From an uncultured Desulfatitalea sp. (lineage in GTDB: Bacteria > Desulfobacterota > Desulfobacteria > Desulfobacterales > Desulfosarcinaceae): DNA of 64,000 bases. Position numbers and translations under genes: made by a program. How positions within the stretch are numbered: position 1 is the first letter of the stretch; each line of letters starts with the position of its first letter. Positions 1 through 8,741 of the stretch are shown here, piece after piece. The stretch lies in the NCBI GenBank assembly GCA_963668675.2, contig CAXXMB010000002.1:32001-96000 (forward strand), written 5' to 3'. The notes under the pieces are model-generated. The model did no database searches, was not told where the DNA came from, and was given only the letters and a program-made list of their open reading frames with translations.

Positions 1-320
1 GGACGATAACCAATAGGCTTTAAGGGCGTCCTTTACCTATTTACTCTATTTTCCGATACGGTGCCTGCTTGCCGTCTGGAACAGTTGCCTGGCAGCACGT
101 GAACGCATGTGCGTGAGGGGCGGACCACCCGCTGGACTCTCCGGCAGTTAGGCTAAGAATAAATTCCTGCCACTGCATCTCTATCGCATTGCCATACAAT
201 TCGCTTTACACATTCCATGTGTGGGCGCCGGGCAGGGGCGTCTCCATACCCGCCGATGTGTAATTACTGGTAAGCTTTAGTCGCTTTTAGCGTATTCAAT
301 GCACAACATCGCCAAATCAA

Positions 321-349
321 TTGACAACCAGTATCGACCTCCATAAAAT
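321..349 (+). promoter_or_regulatory. sigma-70-type promoter of the wtp operon
   Basis: TTGACA-N17-TAAAAT about 105 nt upstream of the wtpA ATG. Confidence 0.6.
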
Positions 350-453
350 CTACTCCTTTTTCAAACTCACCGTAACCAACGTTGAGAGGAAGTTTTTCCG
401 TCACCACAATCCATAGAACCGACCAATGCCAATCAAAACAGGAGGTGGGGCCC

Positions 454-1431
454 ATGAAACCGAAATTCGTTTCCTTCAAAATTTTGGCAATTACTGCTCT
501 CTTAGTCACGCTGCTTGCATTTTTGGCAAGCGCATCTGAAAAGGTGATCATCTTCCACGCCGGCAGCCTGACGGTGCCCTTTGCGGAGATTGAAAAGCGT
601 TTTGAAGCAACGCATCCACAGATTGACATACTTCGCGAAGCGGGCGGCTCCACCAAAATGGCGCGTATGATCTCCGAATTGAACAAACCGGCCGATATCA
701 TGGCCTCGGCCGACTTTAAAGTCATTGACAAAACATTGATTCCTGCCAAGGCCGCATGGAACATTCGTTTTGCCACCAACCAGCTGGTGCTGTGCTACAC
801 CGACAAGAGTCGCTTTGCCGATCAGATCAGCAACGAGAACTGGTATGAAATACTAGGACGCAACGGGGTGATCTGGGGTCACTCCGATCCCAATCTAGAC
901 CCTTGCGGCTATCGCAGCCTCATGGTGCTGCAGCTCGCTGAAAAGTACTACAACAAACCCGGCCTGTATGATCAACTGATAGCCAACCGTCCGCAAAAAA
1001 ATGTCCGCCCCAAGTCCGTCGAACTGGTCTCCCTGCTCAAAACCGGCAACATGGATTACGCCTGGGAGTATCTGTCGGTGGCGGTCCAGCATGATCTCAA
1101 ATATGTCAAACTGGACGACCATATCAACCTGGGCAACTACAAATATGACGAATTCTATGCCCAGGCCGAGGTCAAGGTCACCGGTAAAAAACCGGGCACC
1201 TGGATCACCCGCCAAGGCAAATCGTGCACCTACGGCATTACGTTGGTGAAAGAGGCACCCAATGCTGCCGGGGCGGTTCAATTCCTTGAATTCCTGCTGT
1301 CCCCGGACGGTGGATTGAAGGTGCTGTCCGATATGGGCCAGCCGCCTTTTATCCCTGCACGGGTGTCCACCGAAGCAGTCAAAGAGAGCCTTCCCGGTGG
1401 CTTGTCCAAGTTGGTGGAAGTCAAAAAGTAG
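454..1431 (+). CDS. wtpA: tungstate/molybdate ABC transporter substrate-binding protein
   Basis: Signal peptide; [15 protein letters not shown] and [12 protein letters not shown] motifs typical of WtpA; GGAGG RBS before ATG 454. Confidence 0.9.
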   Translation: MKPKFVSFKILAITALLVTLLAFLASASEKVIIFHAGSLTVPFAEIEKRFEATHPQIDILREAGGSTKMARMISELNKPADIMASADFKVIDKTLIPAKAAWNIRFATNQLVLCYTDKSRFADQISNENWYEILGRNGVIWGHSDPNLDPCGYRSLMVLQLAEKYYNKPGLYDQLIANRPQKNVRPKSVELVSLLKTGNMDYAWEYLSVAVQHDLKYVKLDDHINLGNYKYDEFYAQAEVKVTGKKPGTWITRQGKSCTYGITLVKEAPNAAGAVQFLEFLLSPDGGLKVLSDMGQPPFIPARVSTEAVKESLPGGLSKLVEVKK

Positions 1432-1518
1432 CAGGGCCATAAGAGAAGAGATACCGGACGATACCGGCGGAAGGCAGGAGCGCTGGAATCGGTTTCAGGC
1501 GTACCGTGGAGGCTCGAT

Positions 1519-2331
1519 TTGTCCCCAAGCAATCCAAAAGCAGTCCTCGTCAGCAATGGTCTCTTTGCGGGCCTGGCTGTATTGAGTGCTACCGTGATTG
1601 CGGCCTTTATTCTGTTTCCCCTCCTTGAGATGGTGACTCAGCCTTCGTTCAAGTCTTTAGGCGAAGCCGCCGCCGACCGTCAGGTGGTGCGCGCCATCGG
1701 TTTAAGCATCTACACCTCGGGCATGGCTGCCCTGATATCTCTGATCATCGGTACCCCCTTTGCTTATCTTCTGGCCCGCCGAACCTTTTTCGGCAAGAAA
1801 TTGCTGGAGAGCATCATCGATCTACCCATAATGATTCCCCACCCGGTGGTAGGCATTGCCATTTTAGGTATCGCAGGCCGAAACCACTGGCTTGGCAACG
1901 CCATGCAACAGCTCGGCATCCACATCATGGGGACGGTCACCGGATTGGTGACCGTGCTTACATTTGTGGGAATGCCTTTTTACATCAATGCGGCCAAAGC
2001 CGGCTTTGAAGCCATCCCGAAACGACTGGAAAAGGTGTCGCGCAGCTTGGGCGCTTCCCAGGTTGGAACCTTCATGCGGGTCACACTTCCCCTGGGATGG
2101 CGCAGCATGGTAGTGGGTATGATCATGTGCACGGCGCGGGCTGTAAGCGAATTCGGTGCAGTGGTCATCATTGCCTACCACCCCATGGTCGCACCAGTGA
2201 TGATTTACGAACGCTTCACGGCCTACGGCCTGAAATACTCACAACCCGTGGCAGTATGGCTCATCGTGGTGTGTCTTATTCTCTTTTTGCTGCTCAGGTT
2301 TTTTTCAATGCCGAAAAAGAGAATCAGATGA
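1519..2331 (+). CDS. wtpB: tungstate/molybdate ABC transporter permease
   Basis: Multiple TM helices; IDLPIMIPHPVVG and ARAVSEFGAV (ModB/WtpB type); start uncertain. Confidence 0.85.
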   Translation: MSPSNPKAVLVSNGLFAGLAVLSATVIAAFILFPLLEMVTQPSFKSLGEAAADRQVVRAIGLSIYTSGMAALISLIIGTPFAYLLARRTFFGKKLLESIIDLPIMIPHPVVGIAILGIAGRNHWLGNAMQQLGIHIMGTVTGLVTVLTFVGMPFYINAAKAGFEAIPKRLEKVSRSLGASQVGTFMRVTLPLGWRSMVVGMIMCTARAVSEFGAVVIIAYHPMVAPVMIYERFTAYGLKYSQPVAVWLIVVCLILFLLLRFFSMPKKRIR

Positions 2332-3362
2332 TTGAGATTGAACAGCTCACTGTCCAGGTTTCCGGCTTTGCCTTGGCGGATATCAATCTGTCTGTTCAGG
2401 AGGGTGAATTTTTCGCTCTTATCGGGCCCACCGGGGCCGGTAAGACACTGATCCTTGAATCCATTGCAGGCCTGGTGCGTTCCACCAGCGGACGAATCTG
2501 TATCGACGGAAACGATATCACCCATCTACCGCCGGAAGCACGCGGGGTAGGCATCGTTTATCAGGACCATGCCCTTTTCCCCCACCTGTCGGTTAAAGAC
2601 AACATCCGCTACGGGCTGAGGTATCATCCCAAAACCAACGGAACTTGCCACCCGACACTGGATCGGTGGATCGAGCATCTGGGACTTTCCCACTTGCTGG
2701 ACCGCGCAACCGAAAACCTGAGCGGCGGGGAAAAGCAACGGGTCGCCCTTGCCCGGGCACTGGCCATCCAACCGACGGTGCTGCTGCTTGATGAACCGCT
2801 ATCGGCCTTGGACCCCAATTTCCGCGAGGAGATCCGCCAACTTCTCCATGAACTGCACCGGGAAACGAAGATAACCATTTTGATGGTGACGCATGACTTT
2901 TCTGAAGCCCACTTCCTTGCGCAACGTATCGCTGTTATTCACCGCGGCCAAATAGAACAGACGGGAACGCTCAAAGCTGTTTTTACTGCGCCGTCCACAC
3001 CGTTTGTGGCCCAATTTGTCGGCATGAAAAATATTTTCCCGGTCACCTTAAACGGCAGTACAGCATATACCGGCGATCTCTCTTTCGACATCGAAAAACC
3101 GGATGGCAATAAAACCCACATGGCAATTCGACCGGAGCACATCCAGCTGTTTGTCACTCAGCCCGAAACAACCATGGAAAATCTGTTTGAGGGGGATATC
3201 GCCAAGGTAAATAACCAGGGCATCATTTCCGAAATTGAAGTCGCTGTATCCACCACTCACTTTCAGCTGATCTTAACCACCAGCCAACTCCACCAACTGG
3301 AACTATCTCTCGGACAGAGGGTTTACATCAGCGCACCATCCGAACGAATTCATTTTATGTAG
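2328..3362 (+). CDS. wtpC: tungstate/molybdate ABC transporter ATP-binding protein
   Basis: Walker A GPTGAGKT, LSGGEKQR signature, LLLDEP Walker B, C-terminal TOBE-like region; ATGA overlap with the permease stop. Confidence 0.85.
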   Translation: MIEIEQLTVQVSGFALADINLSVQEGEFFALIGPTGAGKTLILESIAGLVRSTSGRICIDGNDITHLPPEARGVGIVYQDHALFPHLSVKDNIRYGLRYHPKTNGTCHPTLDRWIEHLGLSHLLDRATENLSGGEKQRVALARALAIQPTVLLLDEPLSALDPNFREEIRQLLHELHRETKITILMVTHDFSEAHFLAQRIAVIHRGQIEQTGTLKAVFTAPSTPFVAQFVGMKNIFPVTLNGSTAYTGDLSFDIEKPDGNKTHMAIRPEHIQLFVTQPETTMENLFEGDIAKVNNQGIISEIEVAVSTTHFQLILTTSQLHQLELSLGQRVYISAPSERIHFM

Positions 3363-3545
3363 GCTGATAATAAACGGTCTATATCATCTGAACCAAATAA
3401 CTTCGAATCAGGGCATGACTCAACTTTCGGGTTTCACGAAAGTTTAAGTAAAAGCTTAGGGCATTCCCACGCCCCCTGTTTTATCCGGGTCAATATTTGA
3501 AACTGCTAAGCAAGGCAGAGCATCTCCCAAAATTGATCTCCATCT

Positions 3546-4010
3546 TCAGGGGAGGCCGGCTCGCGTTGCTGCGACTTGAGTCATTTCAATCCTTCCCGCC
3601 AGTTCATTGCTTTCCAAATCTGATATGCATATGAAGAGGGTTTTTCCATCCTCCCCACCCGGCATGCAAGCATAGGGAAAACATTCAACCTTATTGCGAT
3701 CGACAATTTCTCCGCTCTCGAAAACGCGGAAGACTTCGGCGCCACTGCCGGACGAGTCAACCCACACAGCGCCTTCGCTGTCAAGGCAGATGCTATCGGG
3801 TAGGATTCGCGTCCTTAACTTGCTTCGATCTGTACCAATGCCAAGACCAGATGGTTGGCCGGCCACATCAACGATAACCTATAGGGTTCCCTGAAGATCA
3901 AGGGTCATCAATTTTCTGGTACGAAAATCCGAAAACCACAATTTGTTTTCATGCCACCTCGGTCCTTCCGGAAATCCGACCCTGTCAGCCAGTATGGTTG
4001 TCTTATTCAT
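3546..4010 (-). pseudogene. SMP-30/gluconolactonase family pseudogene
   Basis: ATG 4010 gives MNKTTILADRVGFPEGPRWHENKLWFSDF; in-frame TAG at 3879-3881; PSGLG runs almost directly into PDSICLDSEGAVWV, so a large internal segment is missing (about 155 codons vs about 290 typical). Confidence 0.75.
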
Positions 4011-4151
4011 AACCTTGACTGGATGGACGCTTATTATGAACCCGGCAATGATACACTTAAAATGGTCATTCCGGCGAAAGCGGAATCAAGGCCCGGATCC
4101 CGGATATAGTCCGGTAGAAATCAGGTTAGCCTATTTTATTAGCGGTTTAAT

Positions 4152-4297
4152 ATTAAACCGGCAATTAAATAGGCCAACCCTTGTCATCCCGGACTTGATC
4201 CGGGATCCAGGAACGGTCTGGATAGCGCCAAGGCTTCACTGCGTGCCCGGCCTGCGCCGGAATGACGATTGCTAAGGTAATTAATTGCCGGGTTAAT
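4152..4297 (+). mobile_element. ~146-bp MITE/REP-type element, copy 1
   Basis: Imperfect terminal IRs ATTAAACCGGCAATTAA...TTAATTGCCGGGTTAAT around a GTCATCCCGG...CCGGAATGAC core; close homolog at 7779-7924. Confidence 0.75.
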
Positions 4298-4484
4298 AAT
4301 AAGTCAGGGGCCCATAGTCTCCATCGATAGAGGTATCGACTTTTACGGTTCAAAATGAAGCCTACCGAAAACGCAAATTCCTACTTTTGAACCCTTCAGG
4401 GCCGCCCAATGCGAACCGATCCCGAGTAATATATTTTTTTTCATTACTTATCAGTCAGATGCAAAACATAGAAGCAAGAATAAT

Positions 4485-4501
4485 TTGGCACGGTAATTGT
4501 A
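4485..4501 (+). promoter_or_regulatory. sigma-54 (-24/-12) promoter of aprBA
   Basis: TTGGCACGGTAATTGTA = TGGCAC-N5-TTGT (GG-N10-GT variant) about 75 nt upstream of aprB. Confidence 0.6.
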
Positions 4502-4573
4502 GAAAGATCTGCTATCGAACCTATCACAAAAGGGGATGCGTACCGGCATCTTTAACAGTAAAGGAGGAAAGAA

Positions 4574-5017
4574 ATGCCAAGTTTTGTCATTGATGAAAAA
4601 TGTGACGGCTGTAAGGGGGGGGACAAAACTGCATGCATGTATATCTGCCCCAACGATCTGATGGTGCTGGACACCGATCGAATGAAAGCATTTAACGCCG
4701 AACCGGATATGTGTTGGGAGTGCTATAACTGCGTCAAAATTTGCCCCACCCAAGCCATCGAAGTGCGCGGCTATGCCGATTTCACTCCTCTGGGCGCCAG
4801 TGTGGTTCCCATGCGCGGGTCCGAGGACATCATGTGGACCGTCAAATTCAGAGGCGGTACGATCAAGCGATTCAAGTTCCCCATTCGGACGACGCCGGAA
4901 GGCGAAGCCAAACCTGACGGTGGTTTCGGCGTAGGCCCTGGAACGCTCGACGACCAACTGCTGTTCACCGAACCGGCGTCCTTGAAAGCCGATAAACTTT
5001 GGACACTTGGAGACTAA
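4574..5017 (+). CDS. aprB: adenylylsulfate reductase subunit beta
   Basis: CDGCKGGDKTACMYICPNDLM, CWECYNCVKICP, IMWTVKFR..KRFKFPIRTTPEG; GGAGG RBS. Confidence 0.96.
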   Translation: MPSFVIDEKCDGCKGGDKTACMYICPNDLMVLDTDRMKAFNAEPDMCWECYNCVKICPTQAIEVRGYADFTPLGASVVPMRGSEDIMWTVKFRGGTIKRFKFPIRTTPEGEAKPDGGFGVGPGTLDDQLLFTEPASLKADKLWTLGD

Positions 5018-5033
5018 AAAGGGGGGATGAAAC

Positions 5034-6986
5034 ATGCAGGAATTCAAAACTATAGAAGTAAACACCGATCTATTGATCATCGGTCCGGGCATGGCAGGCG
5101 CCGGGGCCTGCGTGGAAGCAGCCCACTGGGCAAAACAAAATAATCTGAAAATCACCGTTGTAGACAAGGCCGCCATGGAACGCAGCGGGGCGGTGGGTAT
5201 GGGGCTTTCGGCCATCAACCAGTATCAGGGCGAAAATACGCCAGTGGATTATTTGAGCTATGTTCGCCAGGATTTGATGGGACTGTGCCGAGATGATCTG
5301 GTGATGGACATCTCCCGGCATGTAAATGGCTCGGTGCATATGTTCGAAGGCTATGGGCTGCCCATCTGGAAAGATCCTGAAGGCAACTACGTTCACGAAG
5401 GCCGCTGGCAGTTGATGATCAACGGGGAATCCTACAAGGCCATCGTGGCCGAGGCAGGCAAAAACGCTATTGGAATTGACAACCTCATCGAGCGCGTTTT
5501 TATCGTGCGTCTGCTGTTGGACAAAAACGATAAAAGCAAGGTGGCCGGCGCAATCGGGTTTAGCGTGCGCGAGCCGGAAATCTACATCTTTAAATTCAAG
5601 GCCTGTCTGATATGCGCCGGCGGTGCGGTGCACGTCTTTAGACCCCGCTCAACCGGTGAGGGCCTGGGCCGTGCATGGTATCCACCCTGGAATGCGGGAT
5701 CGAGCTCCTATCTGACCACCACGGCCGGCGCGGAGATGACCTCACAGGAAGTGGTGTTTATTCCAGGTCGCTTCAAGGACGGTTATGGTCCCGTGGGCGC
5801 CTGGTTTCTCCTGTTCAAGGCGGCGGCGACCTCGGCCAACGGTTTCAACTATATGGCCGAAGGATTGGCCGATGGCGGCGAGTTGCACAACTGGCCGCCG
5901 TACGGCGAGGTCAAACCGATCCCCACTTGCCTGCGGAACCATTTGATGATGATCGAAATGTACCGAAAGGGCGACGGCCCCATCTTTATCCATACGGACA
6001 AGGCCATTGCCAAGCTGGCGGAAAACGCTCCGGACGAAAAGGCGTACAAGAAGGAGTTGAAGAAGCTCGAAGCCGAAGCGTGGGAGGACTTTTTGGACAT
6101 GACCATCAGCCAGGCCGTCCTCTGGGCCGCCAAAGATGTCTTCCCCGAAGAGGGACCGTCGGAAATCATGCCGTCCGAACCCTACTTCATCGGCTCGCAT
6201 TCCGGCGCTTCAGGTGCCTGGTGCAGCGGGCCCGAAGATTTGCAAACCGACGAATCCAAAAACGAGTACTTCTGGGGGTATAACCGAATGACCACGGTCA
6301 AGGGGTTGTTCGCGGCCGGTGACGGGGTGGGGGTTTCAAGTCACAAGTTCTCATCGGGATCCTTTACCGAGGGACGCATTGCGGCCAAAGCCGCCGTCAA
6401 ATATTGCGTTGAAAACCCGGACATGCCCGAATTCGATCCTGCTGATGTGGCAGCGCTCAAAGAACAGATTCTGCTGCCGCTCAAGCATTATGAAGAAAAC
6501 AAAGATTATACCACTCTCGGCACAACCACGAAGAAATATGACCTTCCGGTGGAAGAGGTCAACCCCATGTATATTACACCCAAGATGGCCCTGTTTCGTC
6601 TGAACAAAATCATGGATGAATACGTGGCCGGGTGGGGATCCAACTACAATTGCAACGCAACGACGCTGAACATCGCACTGGATCTGCTCAAGCTGCTCAA
6701 GCAGGATCTCTCCAAGCTGGCGGCGCGCAATCTGCACGAGCTGATGCGCTGCTGGGAAAATATTCACCGCACCCAGATTGCCGAAGCCCATACGCGCCAT
6801 AAGCTCCATCGACAAGAAACACGATGGCCGGGATACTACTACCGATCGGATTTTCCGAAATTAAACGAAGACCAATGGGGCACGGTGTTTGTCAACTCCG
6901 TATACAATGCCGGAAACGACGAGTTCACCATGCTCACGCGGCCTCTGATCCACCTTGTGGATATAAAAGAAGTGGTCGGCATGTAA
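5034..6986 (+). CDS. aprA: adenylylsulfate reductase subunit alpha
   Basis: FAD-binding N-terminus; RSGAVGMGLSAIN, WQLMINGESYK, GRFKDGYGPVGAWF, HKFSSGSFTEGR, ETRWPGYYYR. Confidence 0.96.
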   Translation: MQEFKTIEVNTDLLIIGPGMAGAGACVEAAHWAKQNNLKITVVDKAAMERSGAVGMGLSAINQYQGENTPVDYLSYVRQDLMGLCRDDLVMDISRHVNGSVHMFEGYGLPIWKDPEGNYVHEGRWQLMINGESYKAIVAEAGKNAIGIDNLIERVFIVRLLLDKNDKSKVAGAIGFSVREPEIYIFKFKACLICAGGAVHVFRPRSTGEGLGRAWYPPWNAGSSSYLTTTAGAEMTSQEVVFIPGRFKDGYGPVGAWFLLFKAAATSANGFNYMAEGLADGGELHNWPPYGEVKPIPTCLRNHLMMIEMYRKGDGPIFIHTDKAIAKLAENAPDEKAYKKELKKLEAEAWEDFLDMTISQAVLWAAKDVFPEEGPSEIMPSEPYFIGSHSGASGAWCSGPEDLQTDESKNEYFWGYNRMTTVKGLFAAGDGVGVSSHKFSSGSFTEGRIAAKAAVKYCVENPDMPEFDPADVAALKEQILLPLKHYEENKDYTTLGTTTKKYDLPVEEVNPMYITPKMALFRLNKIMDEYVAGWGSNYNCNATTLNIALDLLKLLKQDLSKLAARNLHELMRCWENIHRTQIAEAHTRHKLHRQETRWPGYYYRSDFPKLNEDQWGTVFVNSVYNAGNDEFTMLTRPLIHLVDIKEVVGM

Positions 6987-6987
6987 A

Positions 6988-7049
6988 CATCCCCCTCTCC
7001 CCGGTGGGCCCGAGATTGTTCGGGTGGCCGTCCGGGGAGAGGTGGGATG
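6988..7049 (+). other. GC-rich stem-loop immediately after aprA (mRNA stabiliser or weak terminator)
   Basis: CATCCCCCTCTCCCCGG...CCGGGGAGAGGTGGGATG inverted repeat; no U-tract. Confidence 0.55.
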
Positions 7050-7079
7050 ACGCGATGTCAGTGAAAGGAGCGCGGCATC

Positions 7080-7424
7080 ATGGACGCGCAGACGCAGTGG
7101 CAAACAGTGGAGAGGGTGACGGAAATCTATGTGGCGGTTTTCCCCGTTTCGGTCAATGCGGATTTAAAAACGGAAGTCATCCTGGCCGGCTACAAAAAGG
7201 ACCCGGACCTGCCGGCCATGTCCCAGCTGAGGGCGACCGTTGAAACCCAGGCGCAAGCTGTAGAGGATTTGGTGGCGCTTTGCGATGAGATCGTCGAAGA
7301 GCAAAAAGAGATCGACTCATACCGCCTGCTTAAATTTGATCAACAGGGCGTGCATGTCCTGAGTCCCGCTGATTACAGAACCTTTGACAATCAGTACGCC
7401 CATCATCAGTGGGGTATCTGTTGA
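7080..7424 (+). CDS. hypothetical protein (possible C-terminal Sec extension to 7454)
   Basis: AAAGGAG RBS; 114-aa ORF co-oriented with aprBA; ends WGIC-TGA. Confidence 0.65.
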   Translation: MDAQTQWQTVERVTEIYVAVFPVSVNADLKTEVILAGYKKDPDLPAMSQLRATVETQAQAVEDLVALCDEIVEEQKEIDSYRLLKFDQQGVHVLSPADYRTFDNQYAHHQWGIC

Positions 7425-7473
7425 TGCAAGAAGAGATCAGTGGAAACCCGCTGATAACGAAAAGGATGGAGCC

Positions 7474-7740
7474 ATGGCCAACGACACTCCCAGGTGCCCC
7501 CACTGCGGGCAGCCAATGAAGAAATGGCTTGTTCCCCTGGCATCGACATGGCCGAACGAATTTTTTTATGTGTGCTTCAACGACACGTGTCCCTATTATG
7601 TGCATGGATGGCAGCATATGTGGCAGCAACAAGCGGTGAAGGCCTCATATCGTTGCCGCCATGACCCGGACACGGGCCGATTCGCCCCCTTGCCGGTTTG
7701 GTCCTCGGATGCATTGAAAGATGCCATTATTGACCAGTAG
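7474..7740 (+). CDS. small zinc-ribbon-like protein
   Basis: CPHCG...VCFNDTCPYY Cys pattern; GGAG RBS before ATG 7474. Confidence 0.7.
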   Translation: MANDTPRCPHCGQPMKKWLVPLASTWPNEFFYVCFNDTCPYYVHGWQHMWQQQAVKASYRCRHDPDTGRFAPLPVWSSDALKDAIIDQ

Positions 7741-7778
7741 CACCCACAGGCCCCCTTCTCGGCGAAAGCTGCCTTGTC

Positions 7779-7924
7779 ATTAAACCGGCACTTAAATAGA
7801 CCAACTTACGTCATCCCGGAATCGATCCGGGATCCAGTAACGACCTGGATAGCGCCAAGGTTTCTCTGCGTGCACGGCATTCTCCGGAATGACGAGTGCT
7901 GTAGTATATAATTGCCTGGTTAAA
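7779..7924 (+). mobile_element. ~146-bp MITE/REP-type element, copy 2
   Basis: ATTAAACCGGCACTTAAATAGACCAAC...GTCATCCCGG...CTGGATAGCGCCAAGG...CCGGAATGACG...AATTGCCTGGTTAA, colinear with 4152-4297. Confidence 0.75.
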
Positions 7925-7943
7925 ATCGCCAGCGGCAATGCGA

Positions 7944-8741
7944 TCAGTGGCGCGCGTTTTGAAAGGATTCTGCGAAATCGGGGTTGACCTTGAGCACGTG
8001 CTGTGAAAGCAAACCATATTCCAACCACCTGAACGCAAATCGATAAAGCGCCGTATCGTCGCTTTTGAGCCGATCAACTTCTCCGGGGCTCACGACAAAC
8101 CGTTTTAAAAATGAGCTTTCCAATATAAATTTCCGAAAACGGTCCAGGTCATAACAGGCCATGTAGAACATCTGCTGTATTTTCGTGTTGGTAATGGTCG
8201 TTCCTGCCAGATTCGGGTCGTTGGCAATCTTTTTGAAGGGGATTTCCATTTCATGATATTCGGGCAATCCCTGCTGTGCAATCCATTCGGACAGGACATG
8301 CGTTTTGTCGGTACCCAGCCCGCGGCAAAACGGTACATCCGTCACCGAGTAATATCTTTTGCCGGCTTTTTCAGTGTCGGGCGTGCTCTCCGGGCGCAAG
8401 GGATACACACGGCAAGCCCAGGGGCGATCGCCATAAATGCGGCAGCCGTCATTATCGACAAACGGACAGCTTTTATGGTCATCGGACAGCATTTTTAAAA
8501 TCACCACCGGCAGGCCTTTATCGCCGATAACGGTGAAGGTATATTGGTCTAAAAATTCCGACGATGAAATTTTAAGAGCGCGTTTCATTCGAAGGATATC
8601 ATAGGGAGTTAAAACAATCATGATATCCCGACAGCACTGTGTATAGCAATCCAGCCCCGGACGGCACTCAAATTGTAAAATGTCTCCCGGACGCAGGACG
8701 GTCACTGCGCCTTTTTCCATTGGGGGTGTTTGTGTCGACAT
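7944..8741 (-). CDS. YkgJ family cysteine-cluster protein
   Basis: FECRPGLDCYTQCC, LTPYDILR, CPFV..GCRIYGDRPWACRVYP; AAAGGAG RBS before ATG 8741. Confidence 0.85.
   Translation of the reverse strand: MSTQTPPMEKGAVTVLRPGDILQFECRPGLDCYTQCCRDIMIVLTPYDILRMKRALKISSSEFLDQYTFTVIGDKGLPVVILKMLSDDHKSCPFVDNDGCRIYGDRPWACRVYPLRPESTPDTEKAGKRYYSVTDVPFCRGLGTDKTHVLSEWIAQQGLPEYHEMEIPFKKIANDPNLAGTTITNTKIQQMFYMACYDLDRFRKFILESSFLKRFVVSPGEVDRLKSDDTALYRFAFRWLEYGLLSQHVLKVNPDFAESFQNARH

Noticed and set aside
350..453. Moco/Tuco riboswitch in the wtpA leader
   Set aside because: The leader is short and I could not recognise the motif's conserved elements.
3879..3881. In-frame TAG as pyrrolysine
   Set aside because: The gene also has a large internal deletion and the family is not a known Pyl user; decay is simpler.
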